A stretch of DNA of 63,632 bases, counting the filler, from Reclinomonas americana ATCC 50394 (lineage: Eukaryota), in the NCBI GenBank assembly GCA_048213135.1. It is 9 parts of 5 records of this genome, joined end to end, with 100 filler letters (N's around TTAATTAATTAA, not from the genome) between each part and the next. Parts side by side here need not be neighbours in the genome. Positions count along the whole stretch, not along the records: positions 13,613 to 20,410 come from PS015632.1; positions 20,511 to 22,040 come from PS015632.1; positions 22,141 to 48,686 come from PS015633.1; 6 more parts are not named here. One strand, 5' to 3'. A program made the translations under genes and the position numbers. The notes under the pieces were generated by a model. That model did no database searches, was not told the DNA's origin, and was given only the letters and a program-made list of their open reading frames with translations. Below, piece after piece: positions 15,887 through 29,500 of the stretch (its first letter is position 1; every line of letters starts with the position of its first letter).

Positions 15887-17555
15887 ATGACAGCTCCGAA
15901 CGACCGACTGCTCGACTCACCGCTGCTGACCATGGGACATCGATGGATTGCACTGTTGTTGTGTTGGTGGCGACCGGCCACTGCGGCGCCAGTGGAGGCA
16001 CTGTTGTTGGCGGCGCTGGAGGCTGCACTCGCCACCATGTGGTGCTGGTGTGCGTTTCCCATGTGGTTTCGTGACATGGATGGTGGGGAGCATTTCGAGC
16101 GGAGACCACCACCAGCGTCGTCCGCTGCTGCACCCACGTGGTCGCCCAGTCGCCTCGCTCCACCGGTGCTGGTGTTTCATGCGGTGGTGGCAACGGTGGT
16201 GGTGCTCCTCGGCTGGATCTTGTTCTATGCCATTGGTTGGTCACACCCGCATCTCTTTGTGTCGTCGGCGTGGCACGATCGAGGACTGTCATTGGTGCCA
16301 GTGCTGCTGGCCACCATTCTGTGGACTTGTCGCGGCGGCGGCGACAACGATGATGGCGGCGGCGATGACGGCGACAACAAAGTGGATATGCCAATTCGCA
16401 GGCTTCTGATGCTCTCGCTCATTGTCTTGACTTTCTCCGTGCTGCTGGCACCTTCATGGAGTCTCACGCTTGCCTGGTGCCTGTGGAGTGCGTGCTTCTG
16501 GTGGATGGAGACTCGCTGGGCGCGTCGTGTCATTGCAGTCATTGTAGTTGTTTTACTCTTTGTGGTACTGAGTGCAAACCTCATGCGCTCGCCTCCCGTC
16601 GCCGAAGTGCGTGCCAACCTTACAGAGCCATTAAGTTCCGTTCGTGCACTTTCGTCTTCTTGCTTCTTCACGTTCGTGTCTAATCGACCCCCCTCTGGCA
16701 GAGTTGTCGTCGCAGCCGGTCATTGCTGTGGCGGTTCCCACGGTACCACGCTCCGGAAATCCTCTCTATCTACTGTCGGCGCTGCATTCGTTCGCCGAGG
16801 AGCTGACGTACGCCTATGCAGCTCTGGCGGGTGTCCCGAATGCGGCGCACTGGGCCTCCAGATTTCCAATGGTGGTTGTCGACCACACACGCGACGGCAT
16901 TGGCACGCCTCTCGGACTCGTGCGCGATGCGATTGCGGTACCGGCACACGCCGTCCTCGATGCGGCTGAACAAATCGGCAAGGTATGGGCAGTGTCCATC
17001 ACCCCCCTTTTGCCGATCGTCGACTGACCTGCGGAGGGTTTTGACAGCTGTCGCGTGTGGGAGCGCACTCGTGGCAGTTTGTTCGGCGCCCGGTTCACTG
17101 CGCCGAGCTGCTGACCATGGTGGATCCTGCGCTGACGCTCGGCTACGATTTGGAGGAACTCGCGGCGAGGTACTGCAACTCCACTGTGATTTCTCGCCGG
17201 CAACCGTGGGCATTGGCCGATGTTGCGTGCCGATGGAGAAGAGTAAGGAGGGTGACTTTCTCTCACTAGAAAGTGTTTTCTGCGCAGCAATTTGTGCCCA
17301 CCGAGCAGCGTCGTCTCCGCCTGCACATGGCGTCGACGCTGTGGCATGCCTTGCGCGACCGTCCGTCTTGGGTGATGCTGATGGACGATGACTTTGAGGT
17401 GTGCCGCGGTGCGTGGCCGCGGATCATGTCGCTCATGCGGCAGACAAGCACGCATGTGGCCGGTGTGATTCCATGCATGCTGATTACCTCAGTGTTTTTT
17501 TTTTTCGCGCTGATGTTTCTTTTTTTGTTGTGTGGTGACAGGACGAGGCTCCGTG
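15887..17555 (+). CDS. Membrane glycosyltransferase (GT54/MGAT4-like GT-A fold), N-terminal half
   Basis: Multi-TM N-terminus, then VIAVAVPTVPRSGNPLYLLSALHSF (compare MGAT4 IGIPTVKR..SYL..TL.SL) and WVMLMDDDFEVC (DxD motif). Ends at an N gap. The start codon is uncertain. Confidence 0.6.
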
Positions 17556-17576
17556 ANNNNNNNNNNNNNNNNNNNN

Positions 17577-18576
17577 GGCCGACATTTACGCCGCTGTCTT
17601 CGATGCCGTCAGCAATGTGTGCGAGTTTGCTGCCGAGCGCTTCGTACCGTTGCTCACAGACGACGAAGTCCGCCAGTATCAGGGGGCTGTGTTTCATGCC
17701 GTGTCGTGGCTGTGCATCGCTGTGCGCCGCCGGAGTCGTCGAGTGCTCGTCATGCAGAACCTGTGTAGCATGTACATAGAGGAGGCAGACGAACTCGACG
17801 TGCTGGAGATGCTCGACTGCATGCGTACACACACGTGGCTCGGCTACGACACCGACAATCTGGAGATGATGGTCGAAAGCTGGCAGTGGCAATGCCGTGT
17901 CCTGGGCGCCGCGCACCCAGACACACTGCGGTCGCTGTTCTGGCGCGCCAAGCTGCTTGTGTCGATGGAAGAATTCGAGGAGGCCGAGGCGTTGCACCGA
18001 GAGTGCCTGGATCTCCGCCGTCAGGTGCTGGGAACAATTCATCCCGACACGCTGACCTCGATGAACGAAACCGCCTTTTGCATTCGTGACGCGGGCCGAC
18101 TGGACGAGCGCATCGTGCTTCTGCGCGAGTGCTGCAGCTCACGCCGCCAGCTGCTCAGCCATCACCACCCTTCCACACTGTCGTCGATGAACAACCTGGC
18201 GCTGTGTCTCAAGCGGAAGGGAACTGTCGAGTCGCTGACCGAGGCTGGAGAGCTGTATGCCGAATGTCTACAAGCGCGCCGCGACGTCCTCGGCGACAAG
18301 AACCGCGAGACCCTCAAGACCATGCTCAACTACGCCGTCTTTCTCATGGCCATGGAGCGACTGGATGAGGCTTCGAGGCTGCTGGTCGAGTGCGTGGAGG
18401 GTCGCCGAATAGTCTTCGGACCGCATGACGACAGCACGTTGAGCGCGGTCGAGTATCTCCGCGAGTGCACCGCGAAGATCGCGGATCGTGACATGGAAAG
18501 CGACGATGAAGAAGAAGAAGGTGACGAGGATGAGAGCGACAGCGACGCAGAAGAAGGCAATGTGAACAATCGGTGA
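17577..18576 (+). CDS. TPR-repeat protein (kinesin-light-chain-type TPRs), copy 1, possibly 5'-truncated
   Basis: Repeats VLGAAHPDTLRSL, VLGTIHPDTLTSMNETA, LSHHHPSTLSSMNNLA and VLGDKNRETLKTMLNYA, plus an acidic tail. No introns in this part. Confidence 0.85.
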
Positions 18577-18623
18577 AGCAAAGTGAGGAAGGCGAGAAAA
18601 ACGTAAAGCAGCTAATTAATTAT

Positions 18624-19192
18624 TCATGTGTTAACCACGGTGGTGTCGGGTCGCCCATTAAACACTTGTCGCCACCCGCATTGCCACTTGGCGTCGCGCC
18701 GATCGTAGCTTCCAGCGCCACCTCTTGCCGACTCCTGTGTGTGTCGACAACACGCGAACGTCAGCGTGAATGCAGAGGCACAGAAAGGCAGGAAGGCAAC
18801 GTACCCAGCCAATGTGTCGCAGTAGCATGCGCTCGGTCACACACAGCGCTGCATGCACAGACGGAGTGGTTGAGAGAGAGTGCACAAATCACCCAATATA
18901 AAAGCGGAGCAGCGCACCATCACCACCATCACACACACTGACACCGCGTCCGTCGACTCCGAGCAGAGCACGCTGCATCACAATATCACCGGGCAAGTCG
19001 TCGGCGATTTGCTCTGCGTCGCCGACAATCAGTGGCAGAAGGAGGGGAAGGGAGAGGAGAAGAGCGCACCTTCGGCGGGCCACGCCCAAGCCTCGGTTTC
19101 CAGGCGAAGCAGGATTCGGATCAAGTTGCGAGCCACCGCGGCGGGGACCAAAATGCCTGCACTGCCGGTGCCGACAAAGTAGCCACAGCAGC
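18624..19192 (-). CDS. C-terminal half of the same glycosyltransferase (on an apparently inverted contig)
   Basis: Spliced CCGYFVGTGSAGILVP..DLPGDIVMQRALLGVDGR|ALCVTERMLLRHIGW|ESARG..DAKWQCGWRQVFNG..*. It carries the P.D and L..HIG..S motifs that follow DxD in this GT family. Confidence 0.6.
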
Positions 19193-19413
19193 NNNNNNNN
19201 NNNNNNNNNNNNNNNNNNNNNNNNNNNNNNNNNNNNNNNNNNNNNNNNNNNNNNNNNNNNNNNNNNNNNNNNNNNNNNNNNNNNNNNNNNNNNNNNNNNN
19301 NNNNNNNNNNNNNNNNNNNNNNNNNNNNNNNNNNNNNNNNNNNNNNNNNNNNNNNNNNNNNNNNNNNTAATAATTAGCTGCTTAATGTTTTTCTCGCCTT
19401 CCTCACTTTTGCT

Positions 19414-20410
19414 TCACCGATTGTTCACATTGCCTTCTTCTGCGTCGCTGTCGCTCTCATCCTCGTCACCGTCTTCTTCATCGTCGCTCTCCATGTCACG
19501 ATCCGCGATCTTCGCGGTGCACTCGCGGAGATACTCGACCGCGCTCAACGTGCTGTCGTCATGCGGTCCGAAGACTATTTGGCGACCCTCCACACACTCG
19601 ACCAGCAGCTTCGAAGCCTCATCCAGTCGCTCCATGGCCATGAGAAAGACGGCGTAGTTGAGCATGGTCTTGAGGGTCTCGCGGTTCTTGTCGCCGAGGA
19701 CGTCGCGGCGCGCTTGTAGACATTCGGCATACAGCTCTCCAGCCTCGGTCAGCGACTCGACAGTTCCCTTCCGCTTGAGACACAGCGCCAGGTTGTTCAT
19801 CGACGACAATGTGGAAGGGTGGTGATGGCTGAGCAGCTGGCGGCGTGAGCTGCAGCACTCGCGCAGAAGCACGATGCGCTCGTCCAGTCGGCCCGCGTCA
19901 CGAATGCAAAAGGCGGTCTCGTTCATCGAGGTAAGCGTGTCGGGATGAATTGTTCCCAGCACCTGACGGCGGAGATCCAGGCACTCTCGGTGCAACGCCT
20001 CGGCCTCCTCGAATTCTTCCATCGACACGAGCAACTTGGCGCGCCAAAACAGCGACCGCAATGTGTCTGGGTGAGCGGCGCCCAGGACACGGCACTGCCA
20101 CTGCCAGCTTTCGACCATCATCTCCAGATTGTCGGTGTCGTAGCCGAGCCACGTGTGTGTACGCATGCAGTCGAGCATCTCCAGCACGTCGAGTTCGTCT
20201 GCCTCCTCGATGTACATGCTACACAGGTTCTGCATGACGAGCACTCGACGACTCCGGCGGCGCACAGCGATGCACAGCCACGACACGGCATGAAACAGAG
20301 CCCCCTGATACTGGCGGACTTCGTCGTCTGTGAGCGACGGTACGAAGCGCTCGGCAGCAAACTCGCACACATTGCTGACGGCATCGAAGACAGCGGTGTA
20401 AATGTCGGCT
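19414..20410 (-). CDS. TPR-repeat protein, copy 2 (near-identical to copy 1)
   Basis: 318 vs 319 aa with only a few substitutions (L>S, V>L, R>K, R>Q, one indel in the acidic tail). Confidence 0.85.
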
Positions 20411-20510
20411 NNNNNNNNNNNNNNNNNNNNNNNNNNNNNNNNNNNNNNNNNNNNTTAATTAATTAANNNNNNNNNNNNNNNNNNNNNNNNNNNNNNNNNN
20501 NNNNNNNNNN

Positions 20511-23500
20511 GGGAAGTGCTCATGGGTCGACGCCATGTTGACTTCATGTCAGCTGGTGTATTTGGATAGCGCGACTGCGTACTCGTTGGTGGCGCGTGCA
20601 GTGGGCGGTGACGGGAGTGTGGGAGCGTTTGGGCAGACGGGTGTGGCGATGCAGACGGCGCCGTTGGCGTTTACGGTGGCGATTGTGGGCGGGGATGGTG
20701 TGAGGTTGTCGTTGTCGTCGGCGACGTTGTATGCGGTGGTCGATGATCCGGAGGAGGAGAAGCTGTCGGTCAAGGTGAATTGGAGAGAGGAACAGCAGTG
20801 AGGGCGACGAGGGAGTGGAGCAAGAGTGGGAGAACAACACTGTTTGTTTCAGCTGGCAGAGTGGTTGGGCACATTCATGAGAGAGCGGCGCATGGAGAAG
20901 ACCTACATTGCCTTCTTGTGTGGCAGAGAGTGAGCATCCGAGTGGCTGGACACAGCGTGAAGTAACGAGAGAAAGAGGGCACAGAACGGGAAGAGTATCT
21001 TTCTCTTTCCCAGTCATCAACAGGCAATGAGGAAGAGAAGTGCTTCCCAATGACTGGTGCAAGCATGGAGAGCAGGACTTTTTTCCCTTCTCACATCGAC
21101 AGACAGTGAGCCAGCATGAGAGGTCAGGAGAGAATGAGGCACAGGATGTGCAGGACTTCTTTCTCCTTCTCAGTCATCGACAGACAATGAGCATCAGAGT
21201 CGCTGGTTATTGAAGACGAGAAGTGGGAAGAGAAGAGCGAGCGTTGCCATTCTCATCGTCGAGCGTGCAAAGCGCAGACAGAGCACAATATCTTTCCTTT
21301 TTCAAGAGGAGACACTGCTGGTCCCCTTTTGCCAACCTTCTCCATCGCGCGCGCAGAACCTCGACACCCGGTACACCTGGGTGTGTGTGGGACCCTCGGC
21401 GGCCAGGTGTACCACGGACACGCTCACCGACTCGGCTCTCACCATCTCCAACCTCTTCCGCGGCACCTTTACCATCACTGTCACCGTGCAGCGCGGAACT
21501 CGCACTGCGTCCACGGTCCTGCCAATGGTGGTCGATCACCGCATGAGCATCATTATGGAACTGGTTCGTCGCGCCCGCCAAGTGTCATCCAACGTCTCCG
21601 TTTCCGCTCATTAGCATTCCTCCATTCCAGCGTTCCGAGCGAGGCGTGGTACCGCAGCAGAGCGTCATTGACACGTCGCTATCGTATCTGGCTCGCGCGA
21701 CCGTGTCGTCCTCGGTCACGCCGTTGACGTACTATTGGACACTGCAAGGTCTCGTTTTCTAGCGTCTCGCGCCATCTTGCTACGCCTTCCACTGATGCCA
21801 GCAGCAGATATCGCGTCTGGCAATGTCACAAGTCTGCCGAGCGACCACTTCAGCGGCTTGCCTGGACTGGATTCCTCACAACCGCGGCAAATCCGCTTCG
21901 AGCCATTCGCGCTCGTCGAACAGCGACAGTATCTGCTGGCGCTGCGTGCCAACGCCACGAACGCAGATGGTACTTCGAAGGATTCATGCTCTCTTCGCTC
22001 GCAGCGTTGCTCTCTCTCCCTCGCTTCTCTCTCTCTCTCTNNNNNNNNNNNNNNNNNNNNNNNNNNNNNNNNNNNNNNNNNNNNTTAATTAATTAANNNN
22101 NNNNNNNNNNNNNNNNNNNNNNNNNNNNNNNNNNNNNNNNCTCGCTTGCACACACACACACACTCTCTTTCGCACACACACACACTCTCTCTGTCTCTGC
22201 TGCTGTTCTCTCTTTTCGCTCGGTTCTCTCTCTCCCTCCATCTTTCGCTTTCTCCCCTCTTCCTTTTTCTCCCCCACTCCCTCCCTCTCCCTCTTGCCCT
22301 CTGTCCTCACTCTCCCCTCTTTGCCTTTTTGCAGTCGTCGGCACCATTCGCTTCACCACAAACAACTTTCCACGCCGCGGTTCCCTAACGGTGTCGCCCA
22401 CCGATGGCATCTCGTACGACACACAGTACACGTTTAGCACCGGCTCCTTCTCGGATGCGCACCCGCCGCTCACCTACTCGTTCTACTACGTGACGCCCTC
22501 GAGTGGACTGCGAGTTGAGTGGCAGCACAGTGCGAATCTCCTTATCGCGTCATCTCACCCACCGCATGTACGCAGTCGTCCCTGGGCGTCACCGTGCGCC
22601 CGGTTCTGCGCAACGTCAAGCTGCCCGCCGGCGACCCCGACAATGCCAATGCGCTGCTGGTGGGCGTCGTGGTTCGCGACAGATATGGGGCGAGGTGTGT
22701 GCATGTTCTCCGCCTCGCTCTCTTGTCTCTCTCTCTGTGTCCCCTCATTTCACGACAGTGTGGAAACGAATACGACTGTCGTCGTCTCCCCACCATCGTG
22801 GGCCTCCGAGACGAGCTCCACTGTGCGCGCCTCCATCTTCAACGGCCTCGTCACCAATGCGCGCGTAACCGGCCAGGCGCCGAGCTACGATCAGTATGCG
22901 GCCGCGTTGAGTCGCTTTGGCAGTGCCCTCGACGCTCTTGCGGCCATGCCACTTCGCGAGATGCTATTCAGTGACGCGGACGCCAATGGCGTTGTGGTTT
23001 CCAGCCTGCGAAGCATGATTCAGACCATGAACGGGTATGTCACCAGTGAGGCGCTGGCGCTGGACACGCAGCCAGACTCGGGCAAGACCGTGCTCTCTGT
23101 GCTCTCCAAGTTCACCAGGTGTGGGGGTGCTGCTGAGAAAACTGCTTTATTGCGCTGTGAATTGTGTGCCTAAAGTCCACGCTTCCGCAGCTTTCTGTAT
23201 CTGGTGCCCTTGTCAGACGACGTATCCCAGTCGATGGTGATGAATACGGCCACATTCATGCGCACCATGGGACCATATGTGGCCGCCATGGATCTTGTCG
23301 ACAAGCAAGTTGTGCACTGCTCACCCTCGTTTCTCTTCCCCCGCCTTTCCTTATTCTCGTGGTACTCACCTCTTCGTTGGTACAGCTCTTCCTGACGTGC
23401 ATTGACCGCTTGGTATACGCCTGCGCACGGCCACTGCCGGCAGCTGTGACGTCTGCTGTGTTTTCCGGCGTGCAGTCGGCGATTGCCAATGTCGCCGTGT

Positions 23501-26500
23501 CGTACGCCAATGCTCGGGTCTGCGTGGAGTTCCCTTGCTGCTGCTGACAGTCGATCACTTGTATTCATGCGCGGGAACTGAACAGAACATTGGTGAATCG
23601 GCGCTGGTGTTCACGGGAGGCACGGGAGGTGTGGAGACACTCGTGGCCTCGCACTTGAATGCAAATGCCGACCTGCCGGGTGTTGTGGTGCGCAGATTGT
23701 GCGATGGCAGCTCTCCTCCCCTGTTCGCTCACATCATGTCCCCCACAGGTGACATCCGACACTTGGGACACGGTGATTATGCGCAGCCCCGACGATTCTA
23801 CGACGCAGTTTATTGTGCCGTCGACGTATGCCCAGCGTTTTTCTGGCGAGACGCTCGTTCTCGTGCATCTCCGCACACACAGGAGTACGTGCAATAGTTG
23901 TGTGTGCATGCTTCTCCACATGTGTGCGCTGACATGTGGCCTCCGTAAAGATTTCCATGCCGGCCCACCAACTGGATCGAGACGCTGGCTGACCGGCATG
24001 CAGTGGATCGACGTCTTCCGCCCCGATGGCACTCGTGTCGAGTACCGCGGCGAAGCGCAGCCGCTTGCCATGCGCATCGGCTCACAGACCGCCGACGTAC
24101 TGCAGTCGTATGCGCCGGCGTTGGTGAGCGTCGATTTGTGTCACTTTTTCCATGTTGGCAAACGAGAAACTCATGTCGGCGTCGCAGAAAAATCTGACGT
24201 CCTGGCACACGAGCTGCACGAGTGAGGCCCAATTCTCGTCGTATGTGCGACCTTCCTCGTCCAGCACGCTTCTCGCACTCTCCACCATTGACTGCCGTGA
24301 GTAGAGCTGCGAATCCACATGTCTGTGCACAGTTTGATACTCACCTTCGTGTCAACCTCGCAGCATATTCGCGGCAGCAGTTTTCATTCCAGGTTTGTCG
24401 TGCTCGTGATGCTTGCTTTTGACTGCCAGACACTCATCTATTCTCGCGCAGCCGTGCATGTTTATGAACTACACCACCAGCGATTACCTGACCACCGGTT
24501 GCTCGTCGTACGTCAAGGTGAAGTGCATCTCGTTCCCCTGTAAAACACTTTTCTTGGTGTCATCATTCTGCTCACTTTTGCGAGCAGCTGGAAGCCAACA
24601 CTGGTCGACCGCTCTCTGTCATGTGCGCCTGCAATCATATGGTTCGTGCGTCTCCTCGCCGCCGTGCAACAATGTCACTGATGCACGATCGTCTCCGCAG
24701 ACCGACTTTGCCGTGGACATGTCTTCGTTCGACTCTCTCGCGTTGACGTATGTACCGCCGCCAGAGATCTTGCCTGGCCCTGCGCAGCTGTGGTTTAGCG
24801 GCATTTTTGTGATTCTTGTCGGTCCGTGCAGAAATCACTTCTCGTCACATCGCTTGTATCTGTCTGTCTGTCTGACTGCTTCCATTCGCGTCGCGTGCAG
24901 TGCTGTTCATCGTGTACATTATTCTGTGGTGCATTCTCGTGCGCAAGGATGCGGAAGAGGATGCCGTGCTGCGGCGCACCGTAATCAAGAAACTGGTGGC
25001 GCAGCGTGAATCCAAGGCGGTGCGTTGCGCGTTTCTTATTCCTCGCCAACCGTTTGCTTATTTCAGTCCACCCCACCAGGGCCTTTCTCGCTTCCGCGGC
25101 CTCTACTCCATCCGCGACGTGGTCCAGGCGCTTATCAAGCGACGAAAGTTGGGTGCCCTCGAAAGCGGTCTCCTGACGAGTCAGGAACGCATGCGGTTCA
25201 GCATCGCCGCGGAGCTGCGAGCGCGTCAAATGTCGCTACAGGAGGAAGCTGACACGGCTTCTGCGCAAGGTCAGCGGCCTCGGCGTCCATTTGTACGCTT
25301 TTTGCGAGGCAGCCAGTCGTCGATCGGTGCGTTGCCGTGCAGCATTCCGTGATAGGAGATTCATCAACTCACACACCTGCACTCACTCACGCAGACATGG
25401 ACAACATGTCGGAAACGTCGGCCGCGCATTCACCGTCCCAGTCGGTAGCATCACCAGCACAGGGTGCAGGCAAGTCGCGAAAGAGACGCACTCGCGCTCT
25501 GCTCGACGACTGCGACCAGGATACTCGCCGTGAAGTGCGCACGCACATGGTGGCGATTGCCAAGTTCCGCCGTGTCGTCAACGTTGTTGTCGAGATTGTC
25601 AGCAGTCGGACGTGGTGGGAGCGGTGGAACGATGCCATCAACTGGGCGCAGGATCATTCCTGGGTTGCCGTGCTGCGAAGCCGTCGCAGTTTCCATGCAC
25701 GACGGACACAGAGATTAACGGTGCGCGGGGGAAAAACAACATCGGCACGCTTGCGATGATGTGCGACTGTGACTGATTGTGTGAGTTGTAGGTGTTGTGG
25801 GCCGCGCTGGCGTGCATGATCTGTGGGCATTGCTGTTACTGGTACTTTTTGCGGTCGAGTTGGTTTGTGCCCACGTCGCTAGTGGAGATTGCCATTATCG
25901 GCGCCATTGGCGGTGCGTCGGCAATGGAAGTGCAACAGAGCTGATATTGTGGCGCCATTGTCTCACCGCCTGACTGCACGCAGCTGGTGCCATGCTCGTG
26001 TTCATTACGATTTTCGGTCAATGCTTCACGCGCACCTCGCGAACTCCGCCAGCCAACACGTGCTTGGAAAAGTCGCAATTCACAGTGGCTTTTGCACAAG
26101 TGCGTCTCCGTGTTCTTGTTGTCACGAGCGTGGTGTAGCCGCTGCTCACTTTTCGTTGTGCAGGCGGAGGAGCTGTGGAAACAGCGGCGGTATCTCCACT
26201 TGACGGGGCGCGTTCCCCCCGGTTTCATGTCGGACCTTTCGTTGGAGATTCGCACCAGCCCCGATCCAGCAATGCCGCTCGTACCCGACGAAGAAGGTAT
26301 GCTTTTCAGTGCGCGCGTTATTTCGGACCGTATGACACCCCCTTTTGCTAACTTTTGCCTCTAGATGGACTCGATATGGGCGCCTCGATGCGCTATTCGT
26401 CACGAAAGGTCGCAAACAGCAGTGGAATAGCCACACCCGACATGGCCAGCGGGGTGAGTTTGTGAATTGTGAATCGAAACCGACGATTGTTGTCTCACCT

Positions 26501-29500
26501 CCTCTTCTATTCCCGCAGCGAACTACGTCGATGCTTTCGAGTAGCATGGTGCGTTGATGGTGTGAGCTTTCTGTTGCGAGGCCAGACATTTGACTGACTT
26601 GAGTGTGCAGGATTCTGACGCGTGGTCGCAACCGGTAAGTGTGATGTTCACCGTTGCCTTTTGCTGCCTTGCCATCTTGCTGACCATGTGTGGCAGCTCT
26701 CGCGGAGTGGTGTTTCCGTGGCGATTGATCGAGATCGCAACACATTTGATGCGTCGGTGCGTGACGCAATGCGCAGTACATGTTCCTGTTCGCCGTGTCC
26801 TCACCGTGTACCTCTCTTCGCCACAGACATACTCCTCACGCTCGTCACCCGGCGGACCATCGTCGCGAGGCTCTGTCAGTGGCAACTCGATGATTGACAT
26901 GGCGGTGTGTGNNNNNNNNNNNNNNNNNNNNNNNNNNNNNNNNNNNNNNNNNNNNNNNNNNNNNNNNNNNNNNNNNNNNNNNNNNNNNNNNNNNNNNNNN
27001 NNNNNNNNNNNNNNNNNNNNNNNNNNNNNNNNNNNNNNNNNNNNNNNNNNNNNNNNNNNNNNNNNNNNNNNNNNNNNNNNNNNNNNNNNNNNNNNNNNNN
27101 NNNNNNNNNNNNNNNNNNNNNNNNNNNNNNNNNNNNNNNNNNNNNNNNNNNNNNNNNNNNNNNNNNNNNNNNNNNNNNNNNNNNNNNNNNNNNNNNNNNN
27201 NNNNNNNNNNNNNNNNNNNNNNNNNNNNNNNNNNNNNNNNNNNNNNNNNNNNNNNNNNNNNNNNNNNNNNNNNNNNNNNNNNNNNNNNNNNNNNNNNNNN
27301 NNNNNNNNNNNNNNNNNNNNNNNNNNNNNNNNNNNNNNNNNNNNNNNNNNNNNNNNNNNNNNNNNNNNNNNNNNNNNNNNNNNNNNNNNNNNNNNNNNNN
27401 NNNNNNNNNNNNNNNNNNNNNNNNNNNNNNNNNNNNNNNNNNNNNNNNNNNNNNNNNNNNNNNNNNNNNNNNNNNNNNNNNNNNNNNNNNNNNNNNNNNN
27501 NNNNNNNNNNNNNNNNNNNNNNNNNNNNNNNNNNNNNNNNNNNNNNNNNNNNNNNNNNNNNNNNNNNNNNNNNNNNNNNNNNNNNNNNNNNNNNNNNNNN
27601 NNNNNNNNNNNNNNNNNNNNNNNNNNNNNNNNNNNNNNNNNNNNNNNNNTTTGGCCGCGCATTGCGCAACACCCCCGGTCTCCTTTGTTCTCATCGGCAC
27701 ACAGGCCAAGTTCACTGGCGCCTACTCGCGCTCCCCTAACCTGCCGTGGAAATCAACACGCTCGGACGCCAACACGGAGGAGTCGATGAATGCAGGCGTA
27801 GGTGCCGGCACCTCGCCCAACACGCAGCGGTCGTCGCGCCTCTCTGGCGGAGTACGCAATGCCCTCCGCCGTCAACAGAGTGCACGATCCGACTTGTCCG
27901 ATGAGGCGTCACGCCCGTCCTCCGCCGGATCTAACAACGACAGAGCATGGCTGCAATCGGCTGTGACAGTGAGTGCCAACGATACCGGTGATGGTTTTGC
28001 GATGGTAGAGTCTGCCGCCGCCCCTGAGAGCAGCAGTAGTGCCTACGACACCGTCGCATTGCACCTGCCGAGAGACCCTGTGGGTGCGCTCTACGAGTAC
28101 GTGACTTCATTCAGACCGCCAGAGGTTTGCGCATTCTAGCACTCGAGATGTTGACATGGGGAGAGACTTAAGAAAGATCTTTGTTGTTTTGCAGGCATGT
28201 GGAATTGCAGTCGACATTCGAACACTGGAGGGTCTCCAACAGATCCAGAACGAGCTGTGTACGTGGATGGCGGTGCAGACTGTCGGTCTGCCCTTTGCTC
28301 CACCATCGGCTGCCGACTTTGCTCGCATGTGGGACGAGTTTGCTGTTCACGATCCAGGTCAGCAGACACTGTGTGCGCGCGTGTCTGTGTGTGACAACCC
28401 CTGCATTCACACTCACGTCACTTCTCGTTATGCGCAGAGCGTGTGGAGCTTGTGCGACAGCTTCTCCTGCGGCCGTCGCCTCCACGACGGTCGGATCCGC
28501 ACCACTCGCAGCTGGCCATCGATCCCTCCTCGCCGTCGTCGTTTTCGGTGACCGCCGGTGAGGGCACCAGTCTGTTGGACTACATGTCATTCAGTCCGCC
28601 GCACCATGTGCCCGCCGCCCCACTTCTCGCTGCTCCTCCTCCACCGCCACCTCTACCGGCACCACCGCTGCCTGTTGCACAGCATGCCGCACACGAGCCG
28701 CTGGCCGTGCCGCTGCCGCCGGCGGCGCCGTCCACCTTCCTGCTTCCCGACATTCCACTGCTCAGCCACGTCACGTGCTTCCCGGACTATCCCGCCTTTG
28801 AGAATGACCAGCGGCTGCATCTGGCCGAGGTTCTGGACAGTGGCGTACCTCTGCCGTCAGTGATCTACTTGCGANNNNNNNNNNNNNNNNNNNNNNNNNN
28901 NNNNNNNNNNNNNNNNNNNNNNNNNNNNNNNNNNNNNNNNNNNNNNNNNNNNNNNNNNNNNNNNNNNNNNNNNNNNNNNNNNNNNNNNNNNNNNNNNNNN
29001 NNNNNNNNNNNNNNNNNNNNNNNNNNNNNNNNNNNNNNNNNNNNNNNNNNNNNNNNNNNNNNNNNNNNNNNNNNNNNNNNNNNNNNNNNNNNNNNNNNNN
29101 NNNNNNNNNNNNNNNNNNNNNNNNNNNNNNNNNNNNNNNNNNNNNNNNNNNNNNNNNNNNNNNNNNNNNNNNNNNNNNNNNNNNNNNNNNNNNNNNNNNN
29201 NNNNNNNNNNNNNNNNNNNNNNNNNNNNNNNNNNNNNNNNNNNCCGGGCATGTACGCGCCGTTCCGCATTCCGGCTTACGCTCGCAGTGTCAGCGGGTCG
29301 CTGCTGATTGAGCCCGACGAGCTCGGCTCGGTGGTGACGGTGGTCGACGAAGGCATGATTCGGCGCAAGCATCGGCAAGCCATGGGCACCGTCTCCAGTG
29401 CCTCGGTGTACGGCGACGATGCCGATGCCGAGTCGATCATTCTGCAGACACGAGCGTACCTGCGCGACCCCAATCTGCGCTCCATCCCCTACTTGCCGTT

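Noticed and set aside
17577..20410. Transposon with long terminal inverted repeats or an invertible switch
   Set aside because: The repeat is a TPR coding sequence bounded by gaps, no transposase or recombinase is present, and contig mis-orientation explains it better.
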